DNA from: Octopus bimaculoides
Taxonomy: Eukaryota
NCBI RefSeq assembly: GCF_001194135.2
Contig: NC_069005.1
Span: 24,620,818-24,654,944, forward strand
Direction: 5' to 3'
Length of the DNA stretch: 34,127 nt
The notes beneath the pieces were generated by a model. That model worked only from the letters and a program-made list of their open reading frames with translations. It did no database searches and was not told where the DNA came from. Made by a program: the position numbers and the translations under genes. Below are positions 22,506 to 33,447 of this stretch, piece by piece (the stretch's first letter is position 1; every line of letters begins with the position of its first letter).

Positions 22506-22840
22506 GAGAGCATTTCATGCCATCAAAGTGACACTGGGGTACAAATATATGAAGCCAAATATACCCATCATAACTACCCCTCCGATAAGGGTACACCAAG
22601 TACATGCATCACACCCATATGTGAACGACATGGTGATCTCATATGAAAATGAATAAGATATGATTTTACAGGTAGGGCTCAGATTGAGTAGCCCACCCCG
22701 CTCAAAAGGTCTCTGAATAGGGTGGGTTTAAGGATGGTAAAAGAAACGCCCATGTTTCCAGAACTGAATTACTCAAACGCCAAAGAATCCCTCTCAACAC
22801 ATGGCTACGATGCTCCTCTACCATTCCTGGTCGTGATCAT
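22506..22840 (-). mobile_element. Partial copy of the ~550-bp non-autonomous element
   Basis: gagagcatttcatgccatcaaagtgacactgggg...tacccctccgataagggtacacc matches 23278 onward. Confidence 0.85.
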
Positions 22841-22844
22841 GCTG

Positions 22845-23110
22845 TATTTGTTAGCAGGGATATTATGTGACAATAAATCCCGAGGATCTTTCTTAATATT
22901 CTTGTAGAAAGCAGTTCTACATCTTTTTGCATATCAATAACGTACGTTTCAATCCTAGTATCTTTCAGTTTCTTGGGTGCTGTGCCTAGTGCACCAATTA
23001 CCACAAGAATCATTCTCATCTTAGTCTTCCATTTTCTCTTCATGTCTCCGACTGGGTTTTGGCTTTTCTCAATGTTTTTCAACTTCTTTGGTATCCACTC
23101 TATTATCATC
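22845..23110 (-). mobile_element. R4/Dong C-terminal fragment
   Basis: ORF 22837-23121 contains IEKSQNP..MKRKWKTK..VVIGALGTAPKKL..MQKDVELLSTRILRKILG. Confidence 0.85.
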
Positions 23111-23242
23111 AGGTATAGCAAAGTCCATGATCTTAATCCATTTTTTCTCCTCTATAATCATAACGGATCTTTTTGTTTCAACAGTATGATCCGTCTTTAT
23201 GCGGAAATCCCACAAAATCATGTAATTATTATATTATTATTA

Positions 23243-23277
<35 letters not shown>

Positions 23278-23823
23278 GAGTGAAAGAGCAGTGAATGCCA
23301 TCTAAGTGATACTGGGGTAAAATATACGAAGCCCAGCATACCCATCATGACTACCCGTCTGATAAGGGTGCACCAGGCACATGCATCACAACCTTATGTG
23401 CGTGACATGGTGATCTCATATCAAGATAAACAGCGCACGACCTTGCCGGTGGGGCCCAGTCAGAATTTTCTTAAGGTCGAGTAACCCATCCCGCTCAAAA
23501 GGTCCCTGAATAATGTTTGTTTAAGGATGTTCAATGAAACACCCATGTTTCCAGGGGTGAATTATCCACAGAATTCCTCCTCTCAACACATGGTTATGAT
23601 GCTCCCCACTACCTCTGCTCGTGATCTGAGATGCACATACCGTTAGCTACCAAAGGACATGTTCAAATGCTTATGGTCACACAACTGAAAAGCAAATATG
23701 TGGTACTGAGCAGAATATTCACCACAGCCCATCTTTTTACACCAAGACAAAGCTTGTACATAACACTTCCAATCGATTAAGATCAGAAGCCACGAGAGCT
23801 AGTGCCTGGTATTGCATCAGAGC
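23278..23823 (-). mobile_element. Full ~550-bp non-coding retroposon-like element flanked by (ATT)n on both sides
   Basis: Four homologous pieces in the window (18020, 22506, 23278, ~33417-33447); the minus strand ends ...TCACTC(AAT)n; no ORF. Confidence 0.8.
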
Positions 23824-23855
23824 AATTATTATTATTATTATTATTATTATTATTT

Positions 23856-24075
23856 AAGGCGGTGAACTGGCAGAATCGTTAGCACGCTGGAAGAAATGTT
23901 CAGCGGTATTTCGCCTGTCGCCATGTTCTGAATTCACATTCCGCCGAGATCGACTTTGCCTTTCATCCTTTCGGAATCAATAAATTAAGTACCAGTCAAA
24001 TGCTGGGGGTCGATGTAATCGATTGTCCCCCTCCCCACAAAAATCTAAGCCTTGTGCCTATAGTAGAAAGGATTG
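23856..24075 (+). mobile_element. Full-length second-family tRNA-SINE (Meta-domain-like)
   Basis: aaggcggtgaactggcagaatcgttagc (A box)...gaattcacattcc (B-box-like)...gactttgcctttcatcctttcgg...aagtaccag...ccttgtgcctatagtagaaagg and an (ATT)-type tail. Confidence 0.88.
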
Positions 24076-24264
24076 TTATTATTATCATTACCTCAATCCC
24101 ATAAATATTAACCAAAATGAAAAAGTAGATTGACACGTTTATTTTTTTCAACCTGTTGAAGAGACGCAAGATGTCGAAATATCGTTCATTTGATAACAAT
24201 GGCAATCTTCTTTCTTTGCTTCTGTATCTTCTGTATCTTCTGGAGGAGTTACCTCAATCCTATA

Positions 24265-24303
<39 letters not shown>

Positions 24304-25133
24304 TGTATATTTTTCATTCAGCTGAGATGTCTTCCTTATCTATTTTCTTCCTGTTGTACGTTGTTCGGATTGCTTGATCCTGCACAGCTAGATTCACGAC
24401 CCTCTGTTTCTTTCTCACTCCTTTTTGTAGCTATGTAAATGACTTTTGATCTCGATTCCCCTCAGTACTTTGAAAGAACTGTGTAAACTTCTTTTTCTAT
24501 TGATCTGGTTACTTGAACCTAAATGCATCCTTACTGGTGCGGAATATGTCCAAAAGCCGAGTTAGTGAATTAGTCAACCGGAAACTGACAGAAACCACGA
24601 ATAACTGATGTCACACTAAAGAGAAATTTCAGAGTTGCAGCAATTAGATTAAATAAAAACATTACTAGGGAGAATTGCAAAGTAGAGAAGAAACTAGTTT
24701 GCCATTTAGGAGAGGTTCGTTGAAGGAATACCACATGCGACGTCCCAGTTGCAAGAATGGCTCGCTACCATTGCTTCAAAGCAAAACACAAAGAAGGTGT
24801 GGTCCTTGCTAGAGTGTGTGCACGAGCATAGAAAAAGGATGGCACGACAGCCGATTGACTGATACAGATGGATTAGATTTTGTTGTCGTTTGGGGCTAAA
24901 ATTTGAGGGAGATTTTTTATTTGGAGAAGCATTAATGGGACATCGTCTTCCACAGCCAACGTTCTTTAGGAAAAGGTGGGAGAAGATCTTGGGAGAAGGA
25001 TGGAATCTGCATCTCCTCTCTCTCTCTCTCTCTCTCTTTCCCTATCTCTTTCTCTCTTTCCCTCACTCTTTCTCTCTCTTCTCTCTCTCTCCCGCTTCCC
25101 CTCTCACTCTCTCTTCTCTCTCTCTTTCTTTCT

Positions 25134-25765
25134 NNNNNNNNNNNNNNNNNNNNNNNNNNNNNNNNNNNNNNNNNNNNNNNNNNNNNNNNNNNNNNNNNNN
25201 NNNNNNNNNNNNNNNNNNNNNNNNNNNNNNNNNNNNNNNNNNNNNNNNNNNNNNNNNNNNNNNNNNNNNNNNNNNNNNNNNNNNNNNNNNNNNNNNNNNN
25301 NNNNNNNNNNNNNNNNNNNNNNNNNNNNNNNNNNNNNNNNNNNNNNNNNNNNNNNNNNNNNNNNNNNNNNNNNNNNNNNNNNNNNNNNNNNNNNNNNNNN
25401 NNNNNNNNNNNNNNNNNNNNNNNNNNNNNNNNNNNNNNNNNNNNNNNNNNNNNNNNNNNNNNNNNNNNNNNNNNNNNNNNNNNNNNNNNNNNNNNNNNNN
25501 NNNNNNNNNNNNNNNNNNNNNNNNNNNNNNNNNNNNNNNNNNNNNNNNNNNNNNNNNNNNNNNNNNNNNNNNNNNNNNNNNNNNNNNNNNNNNNNNNNNN
25601 NNNNNNNNNNNNNNNNNNNNNNNNNNNNNNNNNNNNNNNNNNNNNNNNNNNNNNNNNNNNNNNNNNNNNNNNNNNNNNNNNNNNNNNNNNNNNNNNNNNN
25701 NNNNNNNNNNNNNNNNNNNNNNNNNNNNNNNNNNNNNNNNNNNNNNNNNNNNNNNNNNNNNNNNN
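25134..25765. other. Assembly gap (N), preceded by CT-rich repeat
   Basis: N run. Confidence 0.99.
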
Positions 25766-26664
25766 CCGCCACCGCCGCCGCCACTTCTATTATCGATATG
25801 AGTACAACTGCAACAACAACGGTTAGATTTGTGATGGAAACAACAACAACAGTAATGACAAGACATCAAAAGAGTGTGTGGCGACAATGAAAACGTTACC
25901 ATCGTTACTACAACCGCCACTACCATCGACACTATAACCACCATCACCACTGCCTCCTCTGCTACTATTATGTCAGCAGCAACCACTAGTAGCAGTCATA
26001 AAACCATTAGTAATATTGTCGCAACTGAAAGCGAAAACAAAGAATGTTCTTAACGCAAAACCAGTTTTTGGCAAACCGCAACTCGAGCCTCCGAAGCAAT
26101 CGAACTATCGGACGAAATAAATATCGTAAGGGAAGCAACTCGAGTGAAAAATCTAGACGAGTGGTCTCCTTGCGTACATACCCAAGTCAGTTCTGGAAGA
26201 AAACGGCGGAATAATAATATATAAACACGAAGACCCGGGAAGATGCCAGGGAGTCGAACTGAGGGCGCGAATCGTAAATAGCAAGAAGTGGGAATTTCGG
26301 TGAGGTTTGATGTTTCTGAAACGAAAAAGAAGTTTAAAAAAAAAAAATCCCCCCAAAATGTGGAGGTGTTCCTCATATCAAGCCACACCAGTTGCCGAAT
26401 GGCTAAATTCAGAGTGGTCGATATCCTGCAAGAAATCAACGTCTGCTGGCTGGTGGGACAACAATCGATCACAATTAATTTACCCACGTTATATCCTGAC
26501 AGACATAGAAACAAAAATAATTATCGTTGAAGTGACTCAGAGCAGGCAGCATAAATGTACATGGCCTAAGGTCGCCTTGGATACAAAATCGAATACTTGA
26601 CGGCGTTAGGTCAGTAGTAGTAGTAGTAGTAATAGTAATAGTAATAGTAGTTGTTGTTGTTGTT

Positions 26665-27120
26665 GTAGTACTCAGCGAGACCAGAGTTTCCAAAACGCGC
26701 ACAGGAGCGACCATCTTCTTCAGCTACTAGGTATATATGAATCTCTGCTGGTCTGGATCTGGAGTGGGAGTAGCAGGGTTGTTTCGGAAAAGTCAGGTAC
26801 GGACTATATTCTTGGCCCCAGATGGTAAATCAGGTGGCCCTACACGTGAGTAGCTGCAATTGTCATGCTTTCAGAGGAGATACTGTCTCTACCCCCGATA
26901 GAAGCAGTGCAGCAAGATCTCTTCAAGCATCTGGAAGTGTTAAGAACGTCCCGTTCTTTAGAATTAGTGGGGGACTGGAAATGTAAGATCGCGTGTGGCT
27001 AGCCGATAGGAGAGAGAGAGTATAAGAGTTTTCGAACCATCCCAAAAGGTTCCAGCGGTCTGATAAGAACCAACTGGATTTCCCAAAGATTACTAACAAA
27101 TTCAATCAGTCGGCTGGACA
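26665..27120 (+). mobile_element. L1/Tx1-like LINE apurinic endonuclease fragment, decayed
   Basis: SETRV, GVGVAGLFRKSQVRTIFLAPDG and LRTSRSLELVGDWKCKI (GDFN-like motif). Confidence 0.68.
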
Positions 27121-27244
27121 GGCCCAAAATTTGTGATCTGCATGGTAGACATAGCTATAAACTGTAACCAGGAATTAAAATACTGTAAGCTGGGGGCGTC
27201 CTTGCCAACACATAAAGCATTCTGAAATTTGATTAGCAGTGCTT

Positions 27245-28185
27245 ATTTTGTTCTTGTTGTTGTTGTTTTCCGATTGATTGGCGTTTCATTTTATCTTCCG
27301 ACCGGGTCTCAACCAGAGACCTAAGGTATGCATATATAAGATGATGAGAAACTTCCTGATAATGATGTCAACACAATTTTTTGATTCTCATTATAGATTG
27401 TTGGATCCTCAGGGATCTGGTCAAAAAATCTATCACTACCTTTTTTGATCATTCCTCGGGCACCTACAACAACAGGGATGGTTTTGGTTTTTATTTGCCA
27501 CATCCTAGATATCTCAATATCAAGGTGCTTATATTTCTAAAGTTTTTCAAATTCCTTTGACGAGATGTTTCTATCTCTATCAGGAGGCACTGACATATCA
27601 ATTAACAGTCATGTTTTTTGTTTTAGGTCTTTGATGACGATGTCTGGCCTGTAAGCATTTATTTACCTGCTTGTATATATCCCATAATCCCATAGGATGG
27701 TACAATTCTCTCCCTCAGTGACTGGCTCTGGGTGGAGTTCATACCAGTTCTTAGGGTGCAAGATATCATAGTGACGGCATACACTCCAATACAAGCATTG
27801 GCCAACTGGATCGTGCCTAATTTTATATTCTGTAGGGGCAAGGACTGATCATGCCTGTAGGGGTAAGGACTCGATCATGCCTGATTTTATATTCTGTAGG
27901 GGCGAGGGCTGAGCAATCGGCAGCAATGTGGTCAATACTCTCCAGTCTGTCAGTGCAGAGTCTACACTTTGTATTCATCTCATTGTGTGTGACACTAGCT
28001 AGATAGTTCCGGGTGAGGAGACTCTGATCTTGTGTTGCTAGGATAAATCATTCCATTTCGGCTTTCAAACCAACAATCTGCAGCCACTGATTGGTTCTTC
28101 TTACATCTACATCAGCTTCCCCAGCTCGTTTGGGGTATTCCTTCCAATGTTTGTGGCAGTAGAGAATCGAGTTTCACTGATTTTA
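27245..28185 (-). mobile_element. R4/Dong 3' ~0.9 kb: CCHC knuckle plus REL endonuclease, 3' UTR and (AAC)-rich tail
   Basis: WLQIVGLKAEME*FILATQDQSLLTRNY, CRLCTDRLESIDHIAADC, EYKIRHD, NWYELHPEPV, ILWDY, RPDIVIKD..LIDMSVP, KEFEKL*KYKHL and IPVVVGARGMIKKG. Confidence 0.93.
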
Positions 28186-28189
28186 AAGG

Positions 28190-29665
28190 GTTGGTGTAAA
28201 AGGTTAGTGTAAAAGGTTTTGCACACCTCTTCCATCCCGCTTTGTCAGTCACCGTGAGCCCATCCTTGTTCTTAAGTTCCGTCACCACTGACCTATAGAG
28301 TGCCAGCCCACTCTTACATCTTTTTAGACTTCATTTCTCAACAGCTTGAATCAGATTCTTTAATCTATAAGTCTGGAAGTCATATCATAGATGTTGTCTG
28401 ATCACTTTATATTCGAGGAGATCTTTCATGTTCCACTTCATCGTTTTCCGTTTCTCTAGCATTTTCTTCGTCTCCTCCGAAATTCTTCCTTCAAAATTCC
28501 GCCCGATTGCAGTTCTTGTTTTCCATTTGCAGCTTTTGATTTTCTGGATCAGCAAATTGTAGTTCTCATCGAGCTCTTCAAGTTGACTCTAAATTTCTTT
28601 CTTGATAGCTTCCTGCAACTGCTTCACATCAAAGGCCTTTTTCTCTCTGATTTCATTGATCGCGATCTTTGCTTATAGCATGCGATGATCACTGCCTATG
28701 TTGAATCACGCGACTACTAAGATGTCTCACAGTATGCGCTATTTATCGAGCAGGATGTAATCAATTTTATTTTTATGTTGAGCGTTTGCGGCTATCCATA
28801 TCCCTCCCTCCCAGGTTGCTTCCTGAATAGGCTGTTCCCAACTTAAAGTCTTCTTGTTTTTGCATGGTGACCAAACGTTCTCCGGTTTTGCTTCTCTTTC
28901 CTGATCCAAAATTACCACTATATTTCTCTTCCTGTCGTTTTTTTCCCAACCTTTGCGCTGAAATCGCTTATAGTATAAGTGGATTTATGCGCAAGCGCTT
29001 TCTCCGGCTCTTGGTAGAATTCTTCTACTTCATAGTCTTCGCTTGTGTTTGTGGGGTCATGGATCAGGATGATCTTCAAGGTGGCATCTCTTAAGAGACG
29101 AATGTTTAGCATCGCTTTGCGTGAAGAAGAAAATTAGCAAAGAACAATTTTCGAAGCCCATTCTTTTCTTACGATGAACCCTATACCACCTGTTACTTTC
29201 GCACCTTCTACTTTCTTTATCTTATGACACTTCCATGTGTCCATTTTGCATTTATTTCTTTCCTTTGACATGTTTCCCAGAGACCTGCAATTTCAGGTAC
29301 ATATCGCAAGGGTTATAATCTGATACCTTGGGTACCTGAGTTCTTAGCCGCCTCTGGTCGCTTGGATTTCGCTTCGCCGCCATGGAGCAGTCCGATTGAT
29401 CCGCAGGATACTGAGGCCGATTTCCTCGCATTGTTTTAGCTTTTAAAATACCTAGAAACTCGGGTCCGTGCGTATCACGTCAGGTCAAAGATGGGAAGGA
29501 TAGCCTCCCTTTGCAAATACTAATAGTGCACAGAAAGTGTGTTAATAACCAGCTGGAGGAGGTGTCCTCCTGGGGCTACAAGCTACAGTAGCATCCACCC
29601 TTAGCGGTTAGCCACATTTAAGTGGCAAATATACTTCGTTGTCGTGCAGCTACTGTTTATACCTC
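28190..29665 (-). mobile_element. RTE-clade LINE 5' half: 5' UTR, AP endonuclease and linker, truncated before the RT core
   Basis: GGIGFIVRKEW, DATLKII..PTNTSEDYEVEEFY..HKSTYTISDFSAKVG, IDYILL, FNIGSDHRML and SLKRCKSGLALYRSVVTELKNKDG. Confidence 0.9.
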
Positions 29666-29688
29666 GTTCAGAGATTTATTATTGCGGC

Positions 29689-29719
<31 letters not shown>

Positions 29720-29784
29720 TCAAAATAAGCAACACGGATTTCAAAAATGATTGCAGTACACACGTTTCATGCTACCCCATTTAT

Positions 29785-29843
29785 TTAAGTAATGCGAGCA
29801 TTACATTAAATGCAATATGAAGAGCAATGCTCGCATTACTTAA
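29785..29843. repeat. Perfect 18-bp inverted repeat with 23-nt spacer, abutting a gap
   Basis: ttaagtaatgcgagcatt (29785-29802) / aatgctcgcattacttaa (29826-29843). Confidence 0.95.
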
Positions 29844-30833
29844 NNNNNNNNNNNNNNNNNNNNNNNNNNNNNNNNNNNNNNNNNNNNNNNNNNNNNNNNN
29901 NNNNNNNNNNNNNNNNNNNNNNNNNNNNNNNNNNNNNNNNNNNNNNNNNNNNNNNNNNNNNNNNNNNNNNNNNNNNNNNNNNNNNNNNNNNNNNNNNNNN
30001 NNNNNNNNNNNNNNNNNNNNNNNNNNNNNNNNNNNNNNNNNNNNNNNNNNNNNNNNNNNNNNNNNNNNNNNNNNNNNNNNNNNNNNNNNNNNNNNNNNNN
30101 NNNNNNNNNNNNNNNNNNNNNNNNNNNNNNNNNNNNNNNNNNNNNNNNNNNNNNNNNNNNNNNNNNNNNNNNNNNNNNNNNNNNNNNNNNNNNNNNNNNN
30201 NNNNNNNNNNNNNNNNNNNNNNNNNNNNNNNNNNNNNNNNNNNNNNNNNNNNNNNNNNNNNNNNNNNNNNNNNNNNNNNNNNNNNNNNNNNNNNNNNNNN
30301 NNNNNNNNNNNNNNNNNNNNNNNNNNNNNNNNNNNNNNNNNNNNNNNNNNNNNNNNNNNNNNNNNNNNNNNNNNNNNNNNNNNNNNNNNNNNNNNNNNNN
30401 NNNNNNNNNNNNNNNNNNNNNNNNNNNNNNNNNNNNNNNNNNNNNNNNNNNNNNNNNNNNNNNNNNNNNNNNNNNNNNNNNNNNNNNNNNNNNNNNNNNN
30501 NNNNNNNNNNNNNNNNNNNNNNNNNNNNNNNNNNNNNNNNNNNNNNNNNNNNNNNNNNNNNNNNNNNNNNNNNNNNNNNNNNNNNNNNNNNNNNNNNNNN
30601 NNNNNNNNNNNNNNNNNNNNNNNNNNNNNNNNNNNNNNNNNNNNNNNNNNNNNNNNNNNNNNNNNNNNNNNNNNNNNNNNNNNNNNNNNNNNNNNNNNNN
30701 NNNNNNNNNNNNNNNNNNNNNNNNNNNNNNNNNNNNNNNNNNNNNNNNNNNNNNNNNNNNNNNNNNNNNNNNNNNNNNNNNNNNNNNNNNNNNNNNNNNN
30801 NNNNNNNNNNNNNNNNNNNNNNNNNNNNNNNNN
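29844..30833. other. Assembly gap (N)
   Basis: N run. Confidence 0.99.
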
Positions 30834-30924
30834 TATACATACATAACATATATATATATATATATACATACATAACATATATATATATATATATACATAC
30901 ATAACATATATATATATTTATGAT

Positions 30925-30958
<34 letters not shown>

Positions 30959-31070
30959 ACATAACATATATATATATTTATATGATACACACACATATAT
31001 ACATGTATACGTGTGTATGTATTATGTATGCAAGCAAATCTGTATGTATGTATGTATGTATACATTAATA
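30834..31070. repeat. Compound (TA)n minisatellite with CATACATAACA units
   Basis: Direct reading. Confidence 0.93.
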
Positions 31071-31412
31071 ACACGTTTAAGAACAGAGTAGCGATTCATA
31101 GATTGTGTACAAGTTCGAACTATTCCCTATGCAATTGTTTCATTGTGTTTATGGCCAGGATACTACAGCAGTATCCAACTTCGTAACTCTAAGAAACAGA
31201 CACCAGATCTGGAGAAGAGGAATCTGGGAAATGGTTTATAGTAATGATTAGACATTGATATAAAAGATTAGAAAATATTTATTACAGCAGTACTTATTTA
31301 TTGGAGAATACATAAATGTTTATTATCTTACTTCATGTATCTAACCCAATTATTTTCGATTTTCAGACTTTCTCCTCGATTTCTAATTTTTCTCTTTTCT
31401 CTCCCTTTGCAG

Positions 31413-31466
31413 ACGTTTGTTAAACTGTGTTGCATGAGAGTGAAGTTTTTCAAAAAGAAGTTTGAG
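31413..31466 (+). CDS. Candidate 54-nt exon of an unidentified host gene (TFVKLCCMRVKFFKKKFE, or 5' UTR plus start MRVKFFKKKFE)
   Basis: Branch-point-like ttctaat (31381-31387), long polypyrimidine tract ending tttgcag, donor GAG|gtaggt; only frame 0 is open and the length is divisible by 3. Confidence 0.5.
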
Positions 31467-31791
31467 GTAGGTACTTAATTTCCCTCATTTCAATTTTAAA
31501 ATGTTTACACTTTAATGAAACACTTCTACTCGTTTTCTTTCCTTGTTTCTCTCTCTCTCACCTTCTCCTTGTCACCCTCCTCTTCGGTCTTTTTCTCTCT
31601 CGCAACACCTTCCATCCAACACCACCTCACACTGTTTCCTCTCTCAGTTTCTCAGCCTCTACTTCTCAGCCATCTTGTATGTAAGCCCTCTCAACCAGCT
31701 ATAAATACACAGCTTCGAATCATCCAACCTTTTTTCAAAGCAGCAGAAAAAAAAAACAATGTTGGGTACCATATATGATGAGCATAAATAT

Positions 31792-32202
31792 CTCTTTTAC
31801 TCTTTTACTTGTTTCAGTCATTTGACTGCGGTCATGCTGGAGCACCGCCTTTAGTCGAGAAAATCGACCTCAGGACTTAGTCTTTGTAAGCCTAGTACTT
31901 ATTCTATCGGTCTGTTTTGCCGAACCGCTAAGTTACGGGGACGCAAACATGCCACCATCAGTTGTCAAGCGATGTTGGGGGTTACAAATGCAGACACACA
32001 AACATATACACACACATACATATATATATACATATATACGACGGGCTTCTTTCAGTTTCCGTCTACCAAATCCACTGACAAGGCTTTGGTCGGCCCGAGG
32101 CTATAGTAGAAGACACTTGCCCAAGGTGCCACGCAGTGGGACTAAACCCAGAAGCATGTGGTTGGTAAGCAAGCTACTTACCACACAGCCACTCCTACGC
32201 CT
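31792..32202 (-). mobile_element. Full-length CORE-SINE
   Basis: Near-identical to 4313-4718. Confidence 0.93.
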
Positions 32203-32345
32203 GTCTAGCAAAAGATACGAATACTATGGCTATATCTTTTTTTTATCATAGATGTTTTCGATCAAAATTGATCTCTATATCTTTATTTTCCTTTTTTTTC
32301 TCCTCTCTTCTTTTCTTCTCTCAATCACTCTTTCTCTTCTCTCTT

Positions 32346-32380
<35 letters not shown>

Positions 32381-32880
32381 GGAGTGCCTCCACATATCTG
32401 TTGGGCATGTTAGAAATAACCGTTAGACCTTCCTCAAATCTGTTGGACACATTTGACTGTCGCAGCTCTGTTTGCACTTTATATAAGCAGATGTCAATAT
32501 ATAACCGTTTAAAAGCATTCAGCCGATTACAACGTCTAATCGGTCAGTCTGCCGTGAGATAAAAGCAACACCACCGACTCCTCCTCCTCCTCCTACTACT
32601 ACTACTACTACATGTATTATTTAAGCTATTTAGGGATGACTGAATCACCATTGAACATGATGTGTCTTCAAGATCTAGACAACCAAGAGAGAATTATTTT
32701 CTTTAGCGTGTTACCCACGACTAGATATGCTTTGGTACGAGTTAATAAATCAAATTTCAAAAGCTCCACATTGAACTGAGCCTTTAACTCCTACCACTCA
32801 AAGCCTTTCGCACAGACTTGTTTATGCTGTGTCATAAATACACATACTATAAATGTATTTTTGTTGGCAGTTATTATTAT

Positions 32881-33259
32881 TATTACCTCTGCCTTCGCTA
32901 AGGCGGAGGTGTTGTTTTCAATCGTGTTTGTTGGTTTGTCCGTGGACAAGATATCTCAAGAACCGCGGGATGGATTCGGATGAAACTTTCAGGGATGTTT
33001 GACCTCATGACTGGCACGAACTGATTAGATTTTGCTATCGATCCGGTACCAGACAAGGATTCTGTATTATTTTTTTTTCTGTTTTATATTTTTTTTACTT
33101 CATTTTTGAGAGTGGTCGGGTTCATTTTTAGTATTCTCGTTTGTGAGAGCAGTCGAGTTTATTTCTGATGTTATTATTTTGAAGATCATCTCTGGCTAAT
33201 CGTTGAGAGGACGTTGGTGTTGCCTTGGCGGAGGTTTGCGCTCTCTGAGTGCTCTTGTT
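32881..33259 (+). mobile_element. Helentron-associated non-autonomous element (HINE/DINE-1-like)
   Basis: 5' TATTACCTCTGCC..AAGGCGGAGG, 3' sub-terminal CCTTGGCGGAGG (33223-33234), terminal hairpin GCGCTCTCTGAGTGC (33238-33252), T-rich ends. Confidence 0.75.
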
Positions 33260-33447
33260 GTTGTTATTATTATTATTATTATTCATATACACTCAATAGA
33301 TTAGATCGTTGAAAAAGAAAAGAATCCTCACATCGGGCTACAACAGATTGCCTTAGATGCCAAGTATACTTCTATCGGGTTACAGCAAGTAACCTTAGAT
33401 GCCAAGAACCATCCTAAATACCCATCATGACTACCCGTCTGATAAGA

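Noticed and set aside
910-31074. Long ORFs of 140-410 aa in the ORF track
   Set aside because: They span N-gaps or di-/tri-nucleotide repeats (poly-X, SL, YI, HT runs) and are not real proteins
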